Shown one piece after another: positions 58,339-64,000 of a DNA stretch of 64,000 bases. The position numbers were made by a program, and so were the translations under genes. Location of the stretch: assembly GCA_963708075.1 (NCBI GenBank), contig OY970194.1, positions 3,808,001-3,872,000 of the forward strand, given 5' to 3'. Each line of letters starts with the position of its first letter. The first letter of the stretch is position 1. The notes below the pieces were generated by a model. That model did no database searches. It was given only the letters and a program-made list of their open reading frames with translations, and was not told where the DNA came from. Source of the DNA: Sedimentisphaerales bacterium. Its GTDB lineage: Bacteria > Planctomycetota > Phycisphaerae > Sedimentisphaerales > Anaerobacaceae.

Positions 58339-61300
58339 CTATCTCTTGTTTCCTTCTGGATCCGGCACCACGGTCGCACAAGCTCGGCGGAGGTATTCCT
58401 CATATGCCCAGTCACCGCTGCTGCCGGTCTGGCGGGTAATGACCAGGTCGAGGCTGGGCACGAAGGCAATGAGCTGGCCGCCGGAGCCGGGCTTATCGCG
58501 TGCATCGGGCGGGATGCCAAGACCGCTGCGGCCACCCTCGCCGGTCAGACGCGCGGGCAGCTCCCAGCCGTGCGAGAAGATCTGCGGATTGAGCTTCCAC
58601 CGCATCTCGGGGCTCCGAACGTCATGCGTCGGTGCGGCCGTCTCTTCGATGAACCACCTGGGGATCACCTGCCGGTCGCCCCACTGCCCGCCGCGGAGCA
58701 TACAGTAGGCAATGCGAGCCAGGTCGCGCGCGGGCATACCCAGCCCATGCGTTGGATGCCGGCCGATCTTCTCGCCGCCATCGAAATACTGGAACCACCA
58801 ATGCTCAACGCCGAGCGGCTTGAAGAGTGCCTCGATGGCGAATTGGTCGTAGGGTTTGCCCGTGACTGTCTCGCACACCAGCGCCGCATGGTGGAGCGCG
58901 TGCGTCGAATAACCACAGCCAGTCCCAGGGTCAAACGCGAGAGTCGCCGTGCGAGGGTCCCCGCTATGACCCAGCACATATTCCCAGGCACCGTCATTGG
59001 GTGAACCGTTGGCTTCGGGGCACAAGCCGGAGGTGTGATTGAGCAATTGCTTGACCGTGATCTGTGCCTTGCGCGGATCGCTCAACGGCTGAGCCCAGGG
59101 AATGAACTCGAACGCCGGATCATCGAATTTCATTTTGCGAGGCGTTAATCCCTGCTGGCTTTGCTCGGACGCGATCGCCAGCACCGTTGCACAAACGGCT
59201 TTGGACACTGAGGCGACGCGCCGAGAGTCCGTCTTGGCGCTATTGCCCCGCTCGACTTCAAGCACGATATAACCTCGACGGATCACCACCGCCGCAAAGT
59301 CCCGTTCATCGCTCTGCAGCAGCCACTCCTTCAACTCGCCCAACTTCGCAGGGTCCACCCCTGTAGTGTGGCGAATATCCTCCGGCTTGTCGAGCTTCCG
59401 CCAGCCCCCTTGTGATTCCGACGGAGGGAAGTAGCCGTTCGTAGCCGTACGGGCGGGCTGCAAACCCGCCCCTACAGTTCCAGGCACACCACGAGCTCTC
59501 GATCTCTCGGAAACCTCCACGAGAACGCGGCGGTATGCTGCAAGCGGCGGGGTCCCGTTGTCACGTATAGTAAGAACAACATGGATGGTCTCCGCCCGCC
59601 GCGTCATTCGGGATGTGCAGAAGGGCAAGCGACGATGCTGCATCGGCCAGTGTTACTTCGCCGTCGTACGTGCCGGCCTCACGATAGACGAACCACTCAT
59701 AAGTGAGCGTGTCACCGTCGGGGTCTTGCGAGAGATTAGCATCGAGCGATAGTGCCTGGCCGGGTTGGGCGGTGATGCGCAAAATCTCCTTTCCATCGAC
59801 GCCATTCACGATGGCGCGTGGGGCGTGGTTCGCCTCGCGCGGCGGCTTCACGCACCAGTCGAGCCTGACGCAGAAGTCGTTCTGCAAATCGGCCGCCCAC
59901 CGGGCGAGCGTATTGTCGCGGTTAGTGGCGCCGTTCCAGGTGTCGGTCTGGTTGGCCCAGTAGTACGGCTTGCCGGGGAAGTTCTCGTTCAGTCCATATC
60001 TGCCGGCCCAGGAACCCCAGAGCGGCTCGTTCGGATCGTTCATGCCCGCGGGCACCAGGTAGAGGAACGTCATCGTGTCGCCCTCTTTCGCCCAGTGCGT
60101 CGTGTTCGTCGGATAGAGCGCGCCAAGCGGACCGTGATCCGTGAGCACATCCCGTTTGAGGTCGAACCCGCCCGCCTGAGACGTGAGGGCGGAGAAACGA
60201 TGGTACCAGCGTTTGCCTTCGACCGGGGGCTGGAACGTGTTCACCCAGGTCGTGAACGGCGGCGCAATGGTGGTCGTGTGTTCGTCGAATTTGTCGTACG
60301 ACGAGAGCCGCAGCTTCGACTTGAACTGGGCGTACCCCTCCGGCCCGCGCTCGCGTTGCACGAGATCCAGAGCCCGCTTGAGGTTGTTCGTAGCCGCACC
60401 ACTGTCCGTGCCCCAGTCCGAGTACCAGACCGGACGCGGGTCGTCTTTGTCCACGGCGGCGAGGATGAGCTTCACCGCGTCGTTGGTGTCATTGTAGCCT
60501 GCGACGGTGCGTTGCCGGAGGGACTCCTTCGTGGGGTAGCGTGCATCGTGCTGCGCAAGATTGGGCCGGCATTCACCGTAGGCATCAAGCAGGCGGCGGA
60601 CGATACCCGGGCCGGTATCCTCGGGGTTCTTGTTCTCCGGACGGCGGGTCATGGGCCGATTCGCAATGATCCCTTCGATATCCCATTCGTTCGCGTAGAG
60701 AAGGAAACGCACAAGCGATTGCTCATCGTCCGGATCGCCGCCTGCGTCGGTTTCAATGATCAGCCGCAGTCTGGTGTCTGCCGTCATTCGCTTGATCGCG
60801 GCATACACTTCCGGGTCATCCGCCGCCCCCTGGAACGTGAACGGATAGTGCTGGTTCACCGCCACCTGCATGAAGCCCCACGATGCTCCGCCGGCCACAC
60901 ACATCTCGGCGGCCTTCGCGCCCTCGGCGCCCACCTTCTCGTCCTCGTTGCACACGATCGGCTTGTTGAACTTCCTCAGTGCGGCGATGCGTGCGGGGAT
61001 ATCCTCGACCCGCGTGCCATTGAAGTGGATCAGCAGAAAGTCGCTTGCCTGCACGACGCTGTCGGGCAACTGTCCATGCCCCAGGCCGCTGGCCGAGACC
61101 AGCAGCGTCGGCGATGTCTGTTTGGCCAGGCGAATCAGTTCCGCGATGCCATCGCCTGTCTTCAGCAGGCGATGATCGAAGCCACCGTGCCCGAATTCAT
61201 TGGCGATCTCCAGCATGACATTGGTGAATCCGCTGTCCTCGATCCACTTGGCGACATTGACGACGCCGGCGCGGACTGCGGCCTCATCCTTGAGCACCTG

Positions 61301-61798
61301 GTCCTGTCGCTGGTAGTAACAGCCAAGAATCACGGCCGCACCGTTGCGGTCACATGCCTCGATCACCCGCCGGACCCGCTGCAGGTAGGAATCGCGCAGT
61401 GAGCCGTCCAGGTTGAACGCGGAGTTCACAGCGCCTTCATAGCCGGGCATGCCACCCTGCAGACAGACTGTGAACGCACGAACGCCGTGAGCCACATAAT
61501 CCGGGATGCGGGCGATGAACTCCTCGGCATTCGAGTTGGGGTCGAACTCGGGACGGTTTCGGTCCTCGAAAACGGCATTGACCATTCGCACGTTCATCAG
61601 CAGTCCCTCGGCCTTTGCCCCTGGATATGTCACCTGGCCGTTGAGGAACCATTGCGTGCCGGCAAGCCGGATGGACGTGCCCGCCCCGGAAGCACCGGGC
61701 ACAGGTTCGCCCCCGAGCGCCCCTGCCGTCGCAGCAAAGAGCGACAGGCCCACAATGGTGATCGCCGTGTATCGATTGTGAATTCCCGGCTGGCTCAT
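58339..61798 (-). CDS. Fusion of a GH-like TIM barrel + DUF1593 (nucleoside hydrolase-like) + beta-lactamase-family serine hydrolase, split by a frameshift near 59592
   Basis: EIANE, VCNED; RLIIETDAGGDPDDEQSLVRFLLYANEWDIEG, EGDT, SWAGR, ANHAP; SVSK, LLNHTSG, GSGGQ; removing one G restores AAGETIHVVL; ~1152 aa. Confidence 0.8.
59447..59475 (-). repeat. GTAG REP in frame in an interdomain linker (encodes VGAGLQPART)
   Basis: Minus strand GTAGGGGCGGGTTTGCAGCCCGCCCGTAC. Confidence 0.85.
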
Positions 61799-61808
61799 GC
61801 AGTGCTCC

Positions 61809-62357
61809 TCATTTGTGCTGGACATATGTAACCGTTGCCACATTGACGGTGGCCGCAAGCAGAGGCGAATCATCGTTCGGCCGCGCGGAGTTGCGGTCGG
61901 CACGTCGAACTTCCAAAGCTGTTATGCCGGCGGCGTCGACAGCATCCAGTTGCGAAAGAAACGAGACAAGCTGAGCCAGGGTAAGGCTTTCCAGCCGCAC
62001 TTCCACCACGACCTCCTCATACGTGTTGTCGATCGCCACTGTCGCGGGCTTCATAGACAACACGTTCTCCGACAGACCACACGCCTTCCTGACATTCTCT
62101 ATGCTTGAGAGCATGCGCCGGTTTCCCCGCTGCTGAGCAACCATGGCGTGCAGATGGCCAATCTCACCCTGCAGTCTCTCGTACTCCAGGCGCTTCGCTC
62201 GCAGTTGGGCCAGGACCTCTCGTTTCTCGATTACAACGCGCCGAAGCGTCGAGGCTCGCTCGACAGTCGGGCGCACGGCAAACTGCAACGCGAGAAGCAG
62301 GACAAGCAGGCCCGCCCCGCCCAGGACAACCAGTTTTTCTCGTTTCGCCAAGCGCAT
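61809..62357 (-). CDS. gspM: Type II secretion system protein M-like
   Basis: LAKREK + single TM helix + coiled coil + VEVRLESLTLAQLVSFL; follows the GspL-like gene. Confidence 0.7.
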   Translation of the reverse strand: MRLAKREKLVVLGGAGLLVLLLALQFAVRPTVERASTLRRVVIEKREVLAQLRAKRLEYERLQGEIGHLHAMVAQQRGNRRMLSSIENVRKACGLSENVLSMKPATVAIDNTYEEVVVEVRLESLTLAQLVSFLSQLDAVDAAGITALEVRRADRNSARPNDDSPLLAATVNVATVTYVQHK

Positions 62358-62362
62358 CGCTT

Positions 62363-63832
62363 TCAACCAGCCTTCAGTAAGATCACAAGCCGAAATTCGG
62401 GGCGGTCGCTGCCCCGGCTCAAAGCCACATCCTCCAGCGCCACGGAGTCAAACTCGGGGACCTGCCTCAGCTCATCGAGGAATTGCTCTACGGATTCAAA
62501 GGAGCTGCCTGTTGCCGTGACGCGAACGGTCCTATCTCTTACAGAAAACGATGAGATGCCGATCCCCTTCTCCGAGGTCATTTTCTCGCTCAGGACGTGC
62601 AACACCCGCAGCGGCTGGATTCGTTTGCCCATCACGGTGGCAAGCGTGTCGTGCTCTTTGCGAAGCGCGGCCAGGTGCTCACTCATCTGCGCCAGCTCAT
62701 TGACCACCTTCTTCTCCCCGGGAAAGGCCTCCACGAAGACGGCCCGGATCTCGCGGGCGAGCCGGCCACGCTCAGCCTCCAGGTTCTGCAACCGGTGGAG
62801 CATCCGCACGCCCAGCAGGACCAGGATGATTGCGAAGAGAACGGCGGATACGAGCGCCGAGCGTTTCGCTCTGGATTTGGCCACCCGATCCACCTGAGAA
62901 AGATCGGCGGTCAGGAAGTTCAACTTGTCGTCTCGCGAGTCAAGACCGATCAAGGCGAGCCCCAGAGCAACCGCGAACTGGCCGTCCAAGGTAGTGGCAG
63001 GGCTGCTGACTTCGGGTAACTCACAGCGAATGACTTGATGGCCGCTAGCCTGGGACAATCTCGTGGACAGTTCGCGAACGAGTTCGTCCGGTCCAGACAG
63101 CATGACCTGCAGAGGGTGCTGGTACCGTCTGCCTGGTGTCCCCCGCAATGTCAGCTCGATCTCGCGGGCGAGTGTCGTGCCGATGGTTTCGGCGTCGCCC
63201 GTGCAGGACAGGTGCCGGGCACGGGCGATGGCGCCGTCCTGCAAGAGACCGAGAATCGCCCGGCAGCCGTCGACATGCAGAATGATGTGGGGTCTGCTGT
63301 CGTCGTTCGGCTGGATCAGACGTGCGACTGCCGCAAGTGCACAGACATCCGTCGAGAGCACGGAACACTGCCGTCCCGCGCCATTCAACATTTGGACCGA
63401 GTCCTTGATCTGGCTGCGACTTGCGGCGGCGATCAGGTATTCGTACTTGTCGTCACCCGCACGGCGGCGGCTGCAGACATCCGCGACAAGATCATCGACC
63501 GGCAGAGGGAAGTCATCTTCGAGCTCGAATTTCAGCAGTCGCCGGACATCCTCGCGCTTTGTCAGTTCCGTCCTCAGGCTGCTGAAGAAGACCTTCTCAT
63601 AAGGCAGGCCGGTAACCACGACCGTATTGGCTCGGAGTTTCATATCCCGGATCGCCTCCGCCAATAGAGACGCAATATCTTGCGTCTCCACACCCACGGC
63701 TGCACAAGGGCGCTCTCGCTGTTGCACCGTCCTCGCATACGTGCCGAGCACGGAGAGTCTGCCGCGTCTGCGCGAGACCTGCACGAACCTGATACCGTCA
63801 GCGGTGATATCAATGCCTGCGGAACGAGCCAT
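62363..63832 (-). CDS. gspL: Type II secretion system protein L / PilM-PilN-like
   Basis: GIDIT, LKFELEDDFPLP, FAVALGLAL, LNFL, TM helix, VFVEAFPG, PilN-like C-terminus. Confidence 0.75.
   Translation of the reverse strand: MARSAGIDITADGIRFVQVSRRRGRLSVLGTYARTVQQRERPCAAVGVETQDIASLLAEAIRDMKLRANTVVVTGLPYEKVFFSSLRTELTKREDVRRLLKFELEDDFPLPVDDLVADVCSRRRAGDDKYEYLIAAASRSQIKDSVQMLNGAGRQCSVLSTDVCALAAVARLIQPNDDSRPHIILHVDGCRAILGLLQDGAIARARHLSCTGDAETIGTTLAREIELTLRGTPGRRYQHPLQVMLSGPDELVRELSTRLSQASGHQVIRCELPEVSSPATTLDGQFAVALGLALIGLDSRDDKLNFLTADLSQVDRVAKSRAKRSALVSAVLFAIILVLLGVRMLHRLQNLEAERGRLAREIRAVFVEAFPGEKKVVNELAQMSEHLAALRKEHDTLATVMGKRIQPLRVLHVLSEKMTSEKGIGISSFSVRDRTVRVTATGSSFESVEQFLDELRQVPEFDSVALEDVALSRGSDRPEFRLVILLKAG
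63665..63691 (-). repeat. GAGAC-family REP in frame in the gspL-like gene (encodes VETQDIASL)
   Basis: Minus strand GTGGAGACGCAAGATATTGCGTCTCTA, same family as 49991-50017. Confidence 0.75.
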
Positions 63833-63868
63833 AATCACGTCAAAGCACTCTCTGCCGATCCCCCGGAT

Positions 63869-64000
63869 TCACATTTCCCAGCGAAGCAAGGGTGTCACGC
63901 GACCTCGAACGCCGTCCCTTTGGACCGCCAGCCGCAGCGTCCGGACACAGTTGCCCACGACGCCGCGCACGATCACAGTATAATATTCATCCCCCGGCTG
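63869..64000 (-). CDS. Partial CDS (C-terminus), possibly GspK-like
   Basis: Open frame QPGDEYYTVIVRGVVGNCVRTLRLAVQRDGVRGRVTPLLRWEM-stop directly upstream of the gspL-like gene. Confidence 0.5.
   Translation of the reverse strand, partial: QPGDEYYTVIVRGVVGNCVRTLRLAVQRDGVRGRVTPLLRWEM

Noticed and set aside
58339..59440. Beta-lactamase-fold domain as an antibiotic resistance gene
   Set aside because: It has SxxK but lacks canonical class A/C signatures and is fused to glycan-related domains; more likely an esterase or amidase.
59765..61402. 545-aa plus-strand ORF
   Set aside because: Antisense shadow of the DUF1593 fusion gene.

Overview
GC-rich bacterial DNA. Its gene content (H-X9-DG pseudopilin, discoidin/LamG secreted proteins, CotH-lamin tail protein, DUF1080, many CAZyme-like genes) resembles Planctomycetota, class Phycisphaerae (Sedimentisphaerales-like); this taxonomy is an inference. 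Layout: (1) 0.5-31 kb, a carbohydrate-utilisation region: two Gfo/Idh/MocA oxidoreductases with DUF1080, GH-like proteins, modular secreted proteins, a pseudopilin with AraC, and GH36-, DUF4038- and GH106-like enzymes. (2) 30.9-33.3 kb, a thiS-thiG-thiH operon under a TPP riboswitch. (3) 33.7-51.7 kb, an ~17 kb sulfur assimilation cluster divergent from an Rrf2 regulator. It holds a sulfate ABC transporter, porin, cysD/cysN/cysH and cysK, plus a protein-thiocarboxylate (HcyS/HcyF/HcyD-like) module whose JAMM protease reads in frame into a sulfite reductase-TusA protein. (4) 51.8-64 kb, a GDPD, large multidomain secreted enzymes, a Tat-type tandem nitrilase-family protein and the end of a type II secretion operon. 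The best second-look items are the JAMM-sulfite reductase-TusA ORF, several GTAG-type REP palindromes sitting in frame inside genes or supplying their stop codons, and inverted heptamer-repeat elements, two of which bracket one large gene. Six single-base frameshifts are most likely assembly errors. I saw no rRNA, tRNA, CRISPR array or transposase.
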